From assembly GCA_016201875.1 (NCBI GenBank), contig JACQBY010000028.1:1-37764 (forward strand): DNA of 37,764 nucleotides. Reading direction: 5' to 3'. The stretch comes from Nitrospirota bacterium (GTDB lineage: Bacteria; Nitrospirota; Nitrospiria; JACQBW01). The notes below the pieces were generated by a model. That model was not told where the DNA came from and did not search any database. It worked only from the letters and a program-made list of their open reading frames with translations. A program made the translations under genes and the position numbers. Below are positions 1 to 9,115 of this stretch, piece by piece (position 1 is the first letter of the stretch; every line of letters begins with the position of its first letter).

Positions 1-240
1 AAAACTTCTGACAAAGTTTAAAACTTTATCCAGCATCTGGTTGATAAATTTCTTTTCATTCGCGATGCAGACCACCCCGATAACGGCTTTTTGCCATAAA
101 TCCTGATCATCGATCTCGGCGACAGCGACATTAAACTTGTTCCGGGTCCTTTCCATCATACTTTTGATCACCTGTCTTTTATCTTTTAAAGAAAGGCTTC
201 CGGGAATATGGATCCTGAGGCTTAAAATTCCGATGACCAT
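1..240 (-). CDS. DUF503 (YlxP-like) protein, first 80 codons; the gene continues past the left edge
   Basis: Not in the ORF track because there is no stop inside the window. My translation of the minus strand from ATG 240 is MVIGILSLRIHIPGSLSLKDKRQVIKSMMERTRNKFNVAVAEIDDQDLWQKAVIGVVCIANEKKFINQMLDKVLNFVRSF. The HIPG..SLK.KR ... NKFNV.VAE.DDQDLWQ pattern and the position 8 nt downstream of infB match what I recall for DUF503. Confidence 0.7.
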   Translation of the reverse strand, partial: MVIGILSLRIHIPGSLSLKDKRQVIKSMMERTRNKFNVAVAEIDDQDLWQKAVIGVVCIANEKKFINQMLDKVLNFVRSF

Positions 241-248
241 CAGAGGAA

Positions 249-2765
249 TCAGGCCAGTTTGCCGGCGATTTTTTCTATCATATAGGCCTCGATGATATCG
301 CCGACCTTGAGATCGTTATAATTTTCGATCCCGATGCCGCATTCATATCCCGTCTGCACCTCTTTGACATCATCTTTAAATCTTCTTAATGAACCAAGTT
401 TTCCTTCGTAGACCACCACGTTGTCCCGAATTAAACGGACGCCGGCGGCGGAACGGCCAATCATCCCCTCGATCACATAACACCCGCCAATGACTCCCAT
501 CTTCGGAACGGAGAAGGTCTGCCTGACTTCCGCTTTTCCCATCGACTTTTCCTTCAGCGTCGGTTCGAGCAGGCCTTCCATCGCCGCCTTCACATCGGCA
601 ACGGCGTTATAAATAATGTTATAAAAACGGATATCGACTTTTTCCCGTTCGGCGAGCTGATTCCCTTTGGTCTCCGCCGTCACGTTAAAACCGATAATGA
701 TGGCGTTACTGGCAGAGGCGAGCAGGACATCGCTTTCGGTAATCCCCCCGACTCCGCTATGAATGACCACCACCTTGACCGCCGGCGTGGATAGTTTATG
801 CAGCGATTCCCTTAAGGCCTCTACCGAGCCTTGAACGTCTCCCTTGATCACCAGCTTGAGTTCTTTGACGTCGCCCTCTTTAATCTGGGCGAAGAGATCG
901 TCGAGTGTCACTTTTTTAGACTTCGACATTTCAATGACCCGCTGTTTCAGCGCTCTGGAAGAAGCAATATCCCTGGCGACTTTTTCTTCTTTAACGATGA
1001 CAAACGAATCTCCGGCAAGCGGAACCCCGTCGAGGCCGATCACCTCCACCGGACAGGAAGGACCCGATTCCTTGACGCTCTGGCCCAGGTCATTGATTAA
1101 CGCCCGGATTTTTCCGGAATAGATGCCGGTGACAAAATAGTCGCCGATCTGGATTTTACCTTCTGAAATCAGCACGGTTGCGACAGGGCCTCTCCCCTTG
1201 TCGAGCTTGGCCTCAATAATCCTCCCTTTTCCCAGCTTATCGGGATCGGCCTTCAATTCAAGAACTTCAGCCTGGAGGAGGATCATCTCAAGCAGGGTGT
1301 CTAACCCGGTTTTTTTCTTGGCGGAGACCTCCACGAATATGGTCTGGCCTCCCCAGGCTTCGGGGATCAATTCATATTCCGTAAGGCTTTGTTTAATCCT
1401 GTCGGGGTTTGCTTCAGGCTTGTCAATTTTATTGATGGCCACGATAATCGGGACCCCCGCCGCTTTGGCATGGTTGATCGCCTCGATCGTTTGGGGCATG
1501 ACGCCGTCATCCGCCGCCACCACCAGAACGACAAGATCGGTGACTTTCGCCCCCCGGGCTCTCATCGCCGTAAAGGCTTCGTGTCCCGGAGTATCGAGGA
1601 AACAGATTTTCTTATCGCCCACATTCACAAGATAGGCGCCGATATGCTGGGTAATCCCGCCGGCTTCCGTGTCGATCACTTTCGTTTCCCGGATGGCATC
1701 AAGCAGGGAGGTTTTCCCATGGTCGACATGCCCCATAATGGTAACGACCGGCGGACGGGGCTGCAGGTTCTCCCCCTGACCGCCCCCTGACTCCATCAGT
1801 TCATCTTCTGTCTTATCCAGGACGACTTCAATCTTAATTCCAAACCCTTCGGCGATCAGCGATGCGGCGTCCAGATTAATCATCTGATTGATATTGGCCG
1901 TAAATCCCATCTCCATCAGCCTTGAAATGAGCACCCCTCCTTTGATTCCTGTTAATTCAGCAAACTCTTTCACAGTGGTCCCTTCGGTGAGCTTGATGAC
2001 TTTTTTGCGGGGTTTGGTGATATCCAATACCGGCGCGGGCTGAAACGCTTTCCTCGGACTCTTCCGGTCGTCCCTCTTATGAATCGGCTTGAAATCCTGC
2101 CACTCTCTGGTATCTGAAACGACTTCGGCAAGGGTCCCCTCTTTGTCCCGTTTTGCTTTTTTAACCTTTTTATATTTTTCCTTGATTTTTGCCAGGGACT
2201 CTTTTTGGAGAGCCAGTTCTTCTTCTGCTTTCTTTTTCGCCTTTTCATCCAATTTTTCAGGAGCAGGCGAAGGGAGCGTCGAGGGAGCAGTTCCCGGACC
2301 AGAGGCCTGAACCGGCAAAGAAGGAGGCTCCATCTCCTGGATGGCAGTTTCTGACAGAGGAAGCGTTTCCGCTTTTTGAGATCTCACGGCGGTCAAATCA
2401 GGGGAGGGTAAAACTTCTTCAACCCGCGGGGAAGGAGGTAGCTCCAAAACAGCAGGCTCTTCGACCTTCGGCTTTTTCTTTAAGAGCATTCTCGGTTTCT
2501 TTTCGACCGGCTTCTCTTCTTCTATTATCTTTTTTGCCGGGGCCCCTTTTGACTTTTCTTTCACTGTTTTAGGAGCGGGTTCCGCCTTCTTTGAAGTTTC
2601 TTTTTTAGCGGCCCCTTTACCGGAAACTTTATGGGTAATCACACTGATATCGGCCTCGTCGATGGCGCTCATATGATTGGTTACTTTAATCCCCAGGTCC
2701 TGAATGACCGTCACAAGGTCTTTGCTTCCGATTCCTAACTTTTTTGCCAGTTCAAACACTCTCAT
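249..2765 (-). CDS. infB: Translation initiation factor IF-2
   Basis: 838-aa ORF with a Lys/Pro/Glu-rich N-terminal linker. The GTPase core has G1 GHVDHGKT, G3 DTPGH and G4 NKID, followed by IF-2 C-terminal domains. Canonical rimP-nusA-infB order. Confidence 0.97.
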   Translation of the reverse strand: MRVFELAKKLGIGSKDLVTVIQDLGIKVTNHMSAIDEADISVITHKVSGKGAAKKETSKKAEPAPKTVKEKSKGAPAKKIIEEEKPVEKKPRMLLKKKPKVEEPAVLELPPSPRVEEVLPSPDLTAVRSQKAETLPLSETAIQEMEPPSLPVQASGPGTAPSTLPSPAPEKLDEKAKKKAEEELALQKESLAKIKEKYKKVKKAKRDKEGTLAEVVSDTREWQDFKPIHKRDDRKSPRKAFQPAPVLDITKPRKKVIKLTEGTTVKEFAELTGIKGGVLISRLMEMGFTANINQMINLDAASLIAEGFGIKIEVVLDKTEDELMESGGGQGENLQPRPPVVTIMGHVDHGKTSLLDAIRETKVIDTEAGGITQHIGAYLVNVGDKKICFLDTPGHEAFTAMRARGAKVTDLVVLVVAADDGVMPQTIEAINHAKAAGVPIIVAINKIDKPEANPDRIKQSLTEYELIPEAWGGQTIFVEVSAKKKTGLDTLLEMILLQAEVLELKADPDKLGKGRIIEAKLDKGRGPVATVLISEGKIQIGDYFVTGIYSGKIRALINDLGQSVKESGPSCPVEVIGLDGVPLAGDSFVIVKEEKVARDIASSRALKQRVIEMSKSKKVTLDDLFAQIKEGDVKELKLVIKGDVQGSVEALRESLHKLSTPAVKVVVIHSGVGGITESDVLLASASNAIIIGFNVTAETKGNQLAEREKVDIRFYNIIYNAVADVKAAMEGLLEPTLKEKSMGKAEVRQTFSVPKMGVIGGCYVIEGMIGRSAAGVRLIRDNVVVYEGKLGSLRRFKDDVKEVQTGYECGIGIENYNDLKVGDIIEAYMIEKIAGKLA

Positions 2766-2836
2766 CTTTTATTTTTCCAAAAATCCCGTCTAATAACCAT
2801 CACCATAAAACGGCTTATCCTGCAAATGATCCCTGT

Positions 2837-4162
2837 TTAATCTTTGATCTTTAAAAGACCCATCGCTGATTCGATCAGCTTCCTGGCGGTTTTTTCCCCG
2901 ATCAGAGGAATATCGCTCAACTGAGCCTCAGTCGCTTCCGCAATTTTTTCAAGCGAATCAAATCCATGTTCTCTCAAGGCTTCTTCGAGTTTTTCCCCCA
3001 CTCCCGGAAGATCTGATACTTTCGGGAGAATATTCTGAGAAAGAGATTCCTGCTCTTTCATCTCCTGAGCTTTTTGCTCCTGCGCAAATGCGAGAGAAAC
3101 CTCTTTTTCACGCTCTTTCGAACGCTCCTTCTCGTATTCGCTTTCATTGATAATATCGATCTTCCAATCGGTCAGTTTGGAGGCCAGCCTGACATTCTGC
3201 CCCTTCTTGCCGATGGCCAGAGAAAGCTGGCTGTCCGCAACCACCACGATGGCAGACCTTTCTTTTTCGTTAATTCCGACTTTTTCCACCATGGCAGGGC
3301 TCAGCGCTTCTCCGATAAATGTCCGGGGGTCTTCCGTCCAGGTAATAATATCGATTTTCTCCCCCCTGAGCTCTCGGACGACAGACTGCACACGGCTCCC
3401 TTTGACGCCGACGCAGGCTCCGACGGGGTCTACCGACGACTCTTTTGAAACAACGGCAATCTTGGTCCGGTCTCCCGCTTCTCTGACAACCGCTTTGATC
3501 TGGACAATCCCTTCATTAATTTCAGGGACTTCGATCTCGAACAACCTTGCCACAAATTCTGGAGCGCTTCTCGATAAAATAACCTGCGGCCCCTTCGACG
3601 AGCTTTTCACCTCGAGCAGATAGGCCCGGATCCTGTCTCCCCGATGAAAAGTTTCCCGGGGAATTTGTCCCTGACCGGGCAACAAGGCTTCTGTTTTTCC
3701 GACTTCAACAATAAAATTACGCCGTTCCTGGCCTAAAATCGTGCCGGTGACAATTTCACCGATCCGGCTGCCGTATTCTTTTTGAACCGCTTCCCATTCC
3801 GCTTCTCTGACTTTTTGGAAAATGACCTGTTTGGCCGTTTGGGCGGCAATCCTTCCAAACTCTTCCATTTCAAGTAAAAGCCCGATTTCATCCCCATATT
3901 CAGCCGCCTCGTCAACTTTGACAGCTTCTTCAAGAGAAATCTCGGCTTTAGGGTTTGTGACGACCTCAACGATTTTTTTCAATGAGATGATTTCGATTTC
4001 ACCTGTTTCAGGATCAAGTTTGACCTGGATGTTTTCCGCGGAACCATGTTTTTTCCTGGCAGCTGATAAAATAGCGGCCTCCACGGCTTTAACGATTTTT
4101 TCGCCGGGTATTCCTTTATCTCTTTCAATTTGCTGAATGACAGATAGTAGCTCGCGATTCAT
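2837..4162 (-). CDS. nusA: Transcription termination/antitermination factor NusA
   Basis: N-terminus MNRELLSVIQQIERDKGI, S1 and tandem KH regions, C-terminal helix-hairpin-helix segment (LPGVGEKLEEAL...IPLIGEKTARKL). I prefer ATG 4162, which has AAGGGGA about 8 nt upstream, over the track's 4195. Confidence 0.93.
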   Translation of the reverse strand: MNRELLSVIQQIERDKGIPGEKIVKAVEAAILSAARKKHGSAENIQVKLDPETGEIEIISLKKIVEVVTNPKAEISLEEAVKVDEAAEYGDEIGLLLEMEEFGRIAAQTAKQVIFQKVREAEWEAVQKEYGSRIGEIVTGTILGQERRNFIVEVGKTEALLPGQGQIPRETFHRGDRIRAYLLEVKSSSKGPQVILSRSAPEFVARLFEIEVPEINEGIVQIKAVVREAGDRTKIAVVSKESSVDPVGACVGVKGSRVQSVVRELRGEKIDIITWTEDPRTFIGEALSPAMVEKVGINEKERSAIVVVADSQLSLAIGKKGQNVRLASKLTDWKIDIINESEYEKERSKEREKEVSLAFAQEQKAQEMKEQESLSQNILPKVSDLPGVGEKLEEALREHGFDSLEKIAEATEAQLSDIPLIGEKTARKLIESAMGLLKIKD

Positions 4163-4254
4163 TATAATTTTCCCCTTTTTCTGGTCCCTTATCAACGGCC
4201 AGGGTTTTTCGATGACCTCATCGTCTTACATGCCGATGATATATTATAAAGTTC

Positions 4255-4740
4255 TTATCCGGCGGCTTCGAGATTGGCCGATGCTATATTTTCAAATAAA
4301 ATCTCAATATTCTTTTTCTTTTTTTGATCCGTTATTAAGAGATCTATAGTCCCATTTTCGGCGACCGAAATCAACTGTCCGGTAAAAACTTTCTGGCCTT
4401 CAACCAAATGGACGGTTTTTACCCGAATCCGCTGGCCTTCAACCTTTTGAAAATCTTTAATTTTCTTTAACGGACGGTCAATTCCGGGAGAGGAGACTTC
4501 CAGCGTATAAGCGTGGTCGATAAAGTTGTAGACATCCAGGGCGGGGCCGATATTCCGGCTCGCCTTTGTACAATCCTCCAGTGTCACTCCTCCCGGTTTA
4601 TCAATAAACACTCTTAAAACTCCCATCCGGGCGTTCCCCGCATATTCAAGGTCATACAGCTCCAGATCAAGCGAATTTAAGATAGAAACAATCGTCTCTT
4701 TTATCCGGGAAAGCTGATCCTCCATCGTCGCAATCAACAA
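4255..4740 (-). CDS. rimP: Ribosome maturation factor RimP
   Basis: 161-aa ORF directly upstream of nusA. Contains LELYDLEY...LRVFIDKPGGVTLEDC and EVSSPGIDRPL, motifs typical of RimP/YhbC. Confidence 0.88.
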   Translation of the reverse strand: MLIATMEDQLSRIKETIVSILNSLDLELYDLEYAGNARMGVLRVFIDKPGGVTLEDCTKASRNIGPALDVYNFIDHAYTLEVSSPGIDRPLKKIKDFQKVEGQRIRVKTVHLVEGQKVFTGQLISVAENGTIDLLITDQKKKKNIEILFENIASANLEAAG

Positions 4741-4777
4741 AATTTAATCAAAACCTCTGAATTAAAAACAGACGTTA

Positions 4778-4810
4778 AACAAAAAAAGTGGGCGAAAAAC
4801 AAGCCCACTT
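4778..4810 (-). terminator. Rho-independent terminator (minus strand)
   Basis: An 8-bp stem, aagtgggc (4786-4793) / gcccactt (4803-4810), with a 9-nt loop. On the minus strand it is followed by a T run (complement of a4781-4785). It lies about 60 nt downstream of the stop codon of the displaced aminotransferase 3' remnant. Confidence 0.6.
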
Positions 4811-4871
4811 TCATCGAAAACTCCTATGAAATCGTTTACTTATACCATACAGATTTTTGAATTGCAAGCCC

Positions 4872-5177
4872 TATTCACGAAGGGTCAAGGTCACGTCATT
4901 CTGTGATTAAACTATTTAAGATATCAGGGGTTCTTGCAATAATTCAATTCGTCATTCCCGAATGTCAAGAAAAAATGAAATAAAAGAAAGGGTCCATTTT
5001 ATTGACATAGTAAAGTTTGGGATGGCACTTGGCCTCCCTCTTCATATTCAATATGATGGGGCTGTGTACTCGGACCCCTCATGGAACCCTCTGTGCAATT
5101 CCTATCTCTGTTCTTGGTCACAAAGGGTCATGGCCTCGAACTCTTTCATGAGGGTCTGCGTAATAGCGCCCGTGACG
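4872..5177 (-). pseudogene. Displaced, interrupted 3' remnant of the class IV aminotransferase gene
   Basis: 4870-4884 (cctattcacgaaggg, including the stop codon cta) equals 5948-5962. 5130-5172 is identical to 5965-6007. Joined together, the two pieces read ...AITQTLMKEFEAMTLRE*, compared with ...AITQTLMKEFEAIALRE* in the intact gene. Confidence 0.65.
5130..5172. repeat. 43-bp perfect direct repeat, copy A (candidate att-like junction)
   Basis: atggcctcgaactctttcatgagggtctgcgtaatagcgcccg is identical to 5965-6007 in the same orientation. Confidence 0.9.
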
Positions 5178-5367
5178 GATTCGATGAAAATTGGGAAATT
5201 TATTCCCGGAAAGTGGATTAAACCGAAAAGGCGGCAGAGGCGGAGGGGGTTACGGGGGGGTTCTATTCAGACCAGCATTCTAGTTGTAATGGGAGATGTT
5301 TTTGTGCTGTAAGTGGAAATTTAATTATTGGTGCATTTTTATCCGAATAACTATCCAGTGTTCAATA

Positions 5368-5670
5368 TTATACCAACGTACTTGCTTTCAGTAGACGTTT
5401 CCCATGGACAACTCCGATCACCTTAACTTCGTCACTTTGTGAATCAATACGATAAATTACACGATAACTATCAACAATAATTTCTTTATGTGGAAGATTT
5501 GGAAATTCTGGAAGGGGCCGACCAGATTCAGGGAACTGACTCAAACGTTCTGCAGATTTATAAATACTTTCTACTTGATGCCGGGCATACAAAGGTGAGT
5601 CTCTGGCAATGAAATCATATATACTCTCCAAATCCGCAACGGCTTCCTCGCTCCATATCAGCTCTGCCAT
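5368..5670 (-). CDS. Type II toxin, ParE/RelE family
   Basis: 100-aa ORF. The sequence LIWSEEAVADLESIYDFIARDSPLYARHQVESIYKSAERLSQFPESGRPLPEF...HKEIIVDSYRVIYRI..DEVKVIGVVHGKR is the typical ParE/RelE plasmid-stabilisation-toxin pattern. It overlaps the upstream small ORF by 13 nt. Confidence 0.88.
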   Translation of the reverse strand: MAELIWSEEAVADLESIYDFIARDSPLYARHQVESIYKSAERLSQFPESGRPLPEFPNLPHKEIIVDSYRVIYRIDSQSDEVKVIGVVHGKRLLKASTLV

Positions 5671-5846
5671 TTCTCTGATAACCTTTTCATTGCATTGGTA
5701 TGAGAAAGGATTTTCCCCTCCTTAATATCTGTTTCGCCTGCCTCTATTTTTTCAAGAAGGTAAAGCCGATACATTACTTCTTCTGTATCCACGACATCAG
5801 GAAGTTCTTTAAAAAGGCTTTCTAATCTTGATTTTGCAATGTTCAT
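5658..5846 (-). CDS. Putative antitoxin of the ParE/RelE pair
   Basis: 62-aa ORF immediately upstream of the toxin and overlapping it. Strong SD (aaggag, complement of 5853-5858) 6 nt before the ATG. The C-terminal ...ILSHTNAMKRLSEKW resembles small antitoxins paired with RelE/ParE genes. Confidence 0.7.
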   Translation of the reverse strand: MNIAKSRLESLFKELPDVVDTEEVMYRLYLLEKIEAGETDIKEGKILSHTNAMKRLSEKWQS

Positions 5847-5877
5847 CAGATTCTCCTTTTATTCTTCAATTAGGTTT

Positions 5878-5908
5878 ATTTTACCATAAACATCAAAAAA
5901 AGTTTCAA
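5878..5908 (-). promoter_or_regulatory. Possible sigma70-type promoter of the TA operon
   Basis: On the minus strand: TTGAAA (5908-5903), a 19-nt spacer, then TGgTAAAAT (5886-5878), an extended -10-like element, upstream of the SD and ATG of the antitoxin. Sequence-pattern evidence only. Confidence 0.3.
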
Positions 5909-5948
5909 TTTTGAATGGCTACCTCAAAAATAAAAAAAATGACGTGTC

Positions 5949-6794
5949 CTATTCACGAAGGGCAATGGCCTCGAACTCTTTCATGAGGGTCTGCGTAATA
6001 GCGCCCGGACGGCCGTTGCTTATCGGTTTACCGTCTATTTTTATCACCGGGGCAATTTCAATCGTCGTCCCGCTTAAAAAGACTTCATCGGCCCGGTAAA
6101 TCTCTTCGGCAGGAATATCTTCTTCAATGACCTTCATCTTTAGCGACCGGGCGATATCCAGAACTAAATCTCTCGTCACCCCCGGCAGGATGAAGGCACT
6201 CAACGGCGGGGTCGCCACCGCCTCATTCTTTACCATGAAAAAGTTGCTGATCGAACCTTCTGTGACTTTTCCGTTGCGGACCATGAGCGCTTCGTAGACG
6301 CCCGCCTTCTTCGCTTTTTGCTGAGCAAGGACATTGGGGAGAAGATTGAGCGATTTAATATCGCACCGGCCCCAGCGTAAATCCTCGGTCGTGATCATTT
6401 CAATTCCCGACGCTTTCAGTGCGGGGGAAAACGGAGAGAGCTTTAAAACCGTCATGATAAAGGTCGGTTTAATTCCGGCCGGAAAAGCATGGGACCGCTC
6501 CGCTTCTCCCCGGGTCATCTGGACATAAATTTTTGCCATCGGATATCCCGACTTGAGGCAGGCTTCTTCTATCGCCTTTTTCATCTCTGGCCGTGAAAAT
6601 GGAAGCGGAAGATCAATCTCCCGGGCGCTTTTTTCAAACCGTTTTAAATGCTCGTCCAGATGGAAGATTCTGCCATGGTATGTTCGGATGACTTCGTAAA
6701 TCCCGTCTCCAAACTGAAACCCGCGGTCATTGATGGAGACTCTGGCATTTTCCAAACTGACAAACTGACCATTTAAAAAATAGATATCAGGCAA
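5949..6794 (-). CDS. Class IV (fold type IV) PLP aminotransferase, D-amino-acid or branched-chain type
   Basis: 281-aa ORF. Contains NDRGFQFGDGIYEVIRTYHGRIFHLDEHLKRF, the catalytic-Lys region CDIKSLNLLPNVLAQQKAKKAG, and LPGVTR. I cannot separate Dat from IlvE by eye. Confidence 0.85.
   Translation of the reverse strand: MPDIYFLNGQFVSLENARVSINDRGFQFGDGIYEVIRTYHGRIFHLDEHLKRFEKSAREIDLPLPFSRPEMKKAIEEACLKSGYPMAKIYVQMTRGEAERSHAFPAGIKPTFIMTVLKLSPFSPALKASGIEMITTEDLRWGRCDIKSLNLLPNVLAQQKAKKAGVYEALMVRNGKVTEGSISNFFMVKNEAVATPPLSAFILPGVTRDLVLDIARSLKMKVIEEDIPAEEIYRADEVFLSGTTIEIAPVIKIDGKPISNGRPGAITQTLMKEFEAIALRE
5965..6007. repeat. 43-bp perfect direct repeat, copy B (inside the intact aminotransferase 3' end)
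   Basis: Identical to 5130-5172. Confidence 0.9.
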
Positions 6795-6853
6795 CGATGC
6801 CTCCCCTTCTTTTTAAAAAAAATAAATTCATTCTTTTTTTTCGGCTTGAGCGC

Positions 6854-9046
6854 TTAATTTCCCCCTCTAACCCTTTTAACCTGAACAACGCTCTCCAATT
6901 TCTCAATATTTTTAAAAACCCTTTCTAAATGCTGGAGATCTTTTATTTCAATGATAAAGATAAGCGTCGCTTTTTTATTCTCGGCCGAGGTGGTGATTTC
7001 AGCATGGCTGATATTGGCTTCCGATGAGGAAATCGCCTGAGAAACGCTCGCCAGAATGCCTGGTTTATCTACCGTCACCACGGAAATCTTCACAGGATAG
7101 GTTGAATCTGTCCGGGTTTCCCAATCGACATCGACGATTCTTTCTTTATCATAATCGAGCTCGTCGATGTTGGGGCATTCTACGGAATGGATCGATAAGC
7201 CTCTCCCTCGCGTGATGAATCCGATAATGGGGTCTCCGGGAACGGGATTGCAGCACTTGGAAATATGAGTCAGAATATCATGCATCCCCGTGACTTTGAC
7301 CCCCTCTTTTTCCATTCCCGGCTTTTTAGCCGGTTTATCTTTTACGCCCTCTTTTAAAGGTTCTTGCGGGAGAAGTTTTTGAATGACCTGATGGGGGGAA
7401 ATCTTGCCGTAACCCAATAAAACCCACAATTCTTCCACAGATAAAACGCCCAGTTCCTTTAAAATCGTTTGGAAATGCTCGCTCTTCAGAGGAGCGGAAG
7501 GATTGAGATGGTTTCTTCTGAACTCTTTTTCGAGAAGTTTTTTTCCGATTTCAAGGCTTCTCTTTCTCTCTTCAACGGAAATCCAATGTTTAATTTTTGT
7601 TTTTGCCCGGGGAGTTTTGACCCATTTCAACCAATCTTTATTGGGGTACTGCGTGGGGGAAGAGAGGATTTGCACCATATCCCCGTTTCTCAGTTCATAC
7701 CGGAGCGGAACGATCTTGCCATTTACTTTTGCCCCGGTACAGTGGTCGCCGATTTCAGTATGAATACTATAAGCAAAGTCGATGGGGGTCGACCCTTTGA
7801 CCAATTCCTTGACGGCGCCTTTGGGAGAAAAAACATAAACCACCTCGGCAAATAAATCCATTTTCACCGAGTTCATAAACTGCCGGTTGTCTGAAAGGTC
7901 CCTCTGCCATTCAACCAGTTGACGCAACCAGGCGAATACAGCGTCGTTCTTCTCGTCAAAACTCCCTTTTTCCTTGTATTTCCAGTGCGCCGCGATACCT
8001 TCCTCGGCGGTTTGATGCATTTCGGCAGTTCTAATCTGAAATTCAACCCGTTCCCCGCCCGGCCCGATGACCGTCGTATGGAGGGACTGGTAGAGGTTCG
8101 ATTTCGGAACGCCGATATAATCTTTAAACCGCCCCGGAACCGGTTTCCAGAGAGAATGAATCAGCCCCAGAATGGCATAGCAATTGAATTTCGTATCGGT
8201 AATAATCCGGATCGCCGCAAGATCAAATACTTCCTCAAAGGAGATGCCGTTTTTTTCCATTTTCTGGTAAATACTGAAGATATGTTTAGAGCGTCCGGTG
8301 ACGTCTGCGGTAAAATGATTTTCTTTAAGGTTCTTATTGATGATGTCGACGACTTCTTTGATATAGGCTTCACGGTCTTCTTTTTTCCTGGCTATTTTTT
8401 TGACCAGGCCGAAATAAACCTCATGCTTCAGGTAGCGGAGACAGAGGTCTTCAAGCTCCGCTTTCATCCAGCCGATCCCGAGCCGGTTGGCCAGCGGGGC
8501 GTAGATTTCGAGGGTTTCTCTTGCAATCCGCTTTTGTTTGTCTTCGGGGAGATATTCCAGCGTCCTCATATTATGGAGCCGGTCCGCAAGTTTGATCAGA
8601 ATAACCCGAATGTCTTTGGACATCGACAGAAGCATTTTTCTAAAGTTTTCGGCCTGCTTCTCTTCGGCGCTGGTAAACTTTATTTTCCCTATTTTAGTCA
8701 CCCCTTCGACGAGATAGGCGACGGTTCCGCCAAACTCGCGGACAACTTCTTCCTGGGTCAAAGAGGTGTCTTCCACCGTATCGTGAAGCAAACCGGCTGC
8801 AATCGACGGGACATCAAGCCTCAGATGGGTCAGAATAAGAGCCACTTCAAGGGGATGTTCCACATAAGGGTTACCCGATTTACGGATTTGATCTCCGTGA
8901 GCCTGCAACGACTTTTCGTAGGCCTTTCGAATTAAAGAGACCTCTGCGGCGGGATTGTACTCCAAAACCTTTTCCAGGATATCTTCGATATGGACGCTTG
9001 CTCTTAACATAGAGTTCTGCTCTGGCATAAGATAAGGGCTGATCAA
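6854..9046 (-). CDS. relA: Bifunctional (p)ppGpp synthetase/hydrolase (RelA/SpoT homologue)
   Basis: 730-aa ORF. HD hydrolase motifs (EHPLEVA, LHDTVEDT), synthetase region (GRSKHIFSIYQKM, DLAAIRII, EFQIRT), a TGS-like region and a C-terminal ACT-like domain. The true start may be Met13 (9010). Confidence 0.95.
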   Translation of the reverse strand: MISPYLMPEQNSMLRASVHIEDILEKVLEYNPAAEVSLIRKAYEKSLQAHGDQIRKSGNPYVEHPLEVALILTHLRLDVPSIAAGLLHDTVEDTSLTQEEVVREFGGTVAYLVEGVTKIGKIKFTSAEEKQAENFRKMLLSMSKDIRVILIKLADRLHNMRTLEYLPEDKQKRIARETLEIYAPLANRLGIGWMKAELEDLCLRYLKHEVYFGLVKKIARKKEDREAYIKEVVDIINKNLKENHFTADVTGRSKHIFSIYQKMEKNGISFEEVFDLAAIRIITDTKFNCYAILGLIHSLWKPVPGRFKDYIGVPKSNLYQSLHTTVIGPGGERVEFQIRTAEMHQTAEEGIAAHWKYKEKGSFDEKNDAVFAWLRQLVEWQRDLSDNRQFMNSVKMDLFAEVVYVFSPKGAVKELVKGSTPIDFAYSIHTEIGDHCTGAKVNGKIVPLRYELRNGDMVQILSSPTQYPNKDWLKWVKTPRAKTKIKHWISVEERKRSLEIGKKLLEKEFRRNHLNPSAPLKSEHFQTILKELGVLSVEELWVLLGYGKISPHQVIQKLLPQEPLKEGVKDKPAKKPGMEKEGVKVTGMHDILTHISKCCNPVPGDPIIGFITRGRGLSIHSVECPNIDELDYDKERIVDVDWETRTDSTYPVKISVVTVDKPGILASVSQAISSSEANISHAEITTSAENKKATLIFIIEIKDLQHLERVFKNIEKLESVVQVKRVRGGN

Positions 9047-9115
9047 AACAATCGCATGGGTAACGCGGCAGTCAGAATATTTATTAAAATTATAACATCT
9101 TTAAAAGGTAAAAGG

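Larger units (their letters stand above)
5173..5964. mobile_element. Candidate integrated cassette carrying only a toxin-antitoxin pair, bounded by the 43-bp direct repeats
   Basis: The segment between the two repeat copies contains the ParE/RelE toxin, its antitoxin, their promoter region and about 190 bp of non-coding DNA. No recombinase is present. Single-line hand counts: 24/60 G+C at 5401-5460 versus 36/60 at 6181-6240. Confidence 0.35.

Noticed and set aside
4962-5312. 116-aa plus-strand ORF in the gap between rimP and the TA pair; also 5911-6099 (62 aa)
   Set aside because: Both contain the peptide RVMASNSFMRVCVIAP. This is simply the antisense reading of the duplicated aminotransferase 3' block, so they are artefacts of the repeat, not genes.
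7919-8935. 338-aa plus-strand ORF, with neighbours at 7469-7855 and 7503-7763
   Set aside because: It lies entirely antisense to the well-supported rel gene. It has no recognisable motifs and its composition is typical of a shadow ORF.
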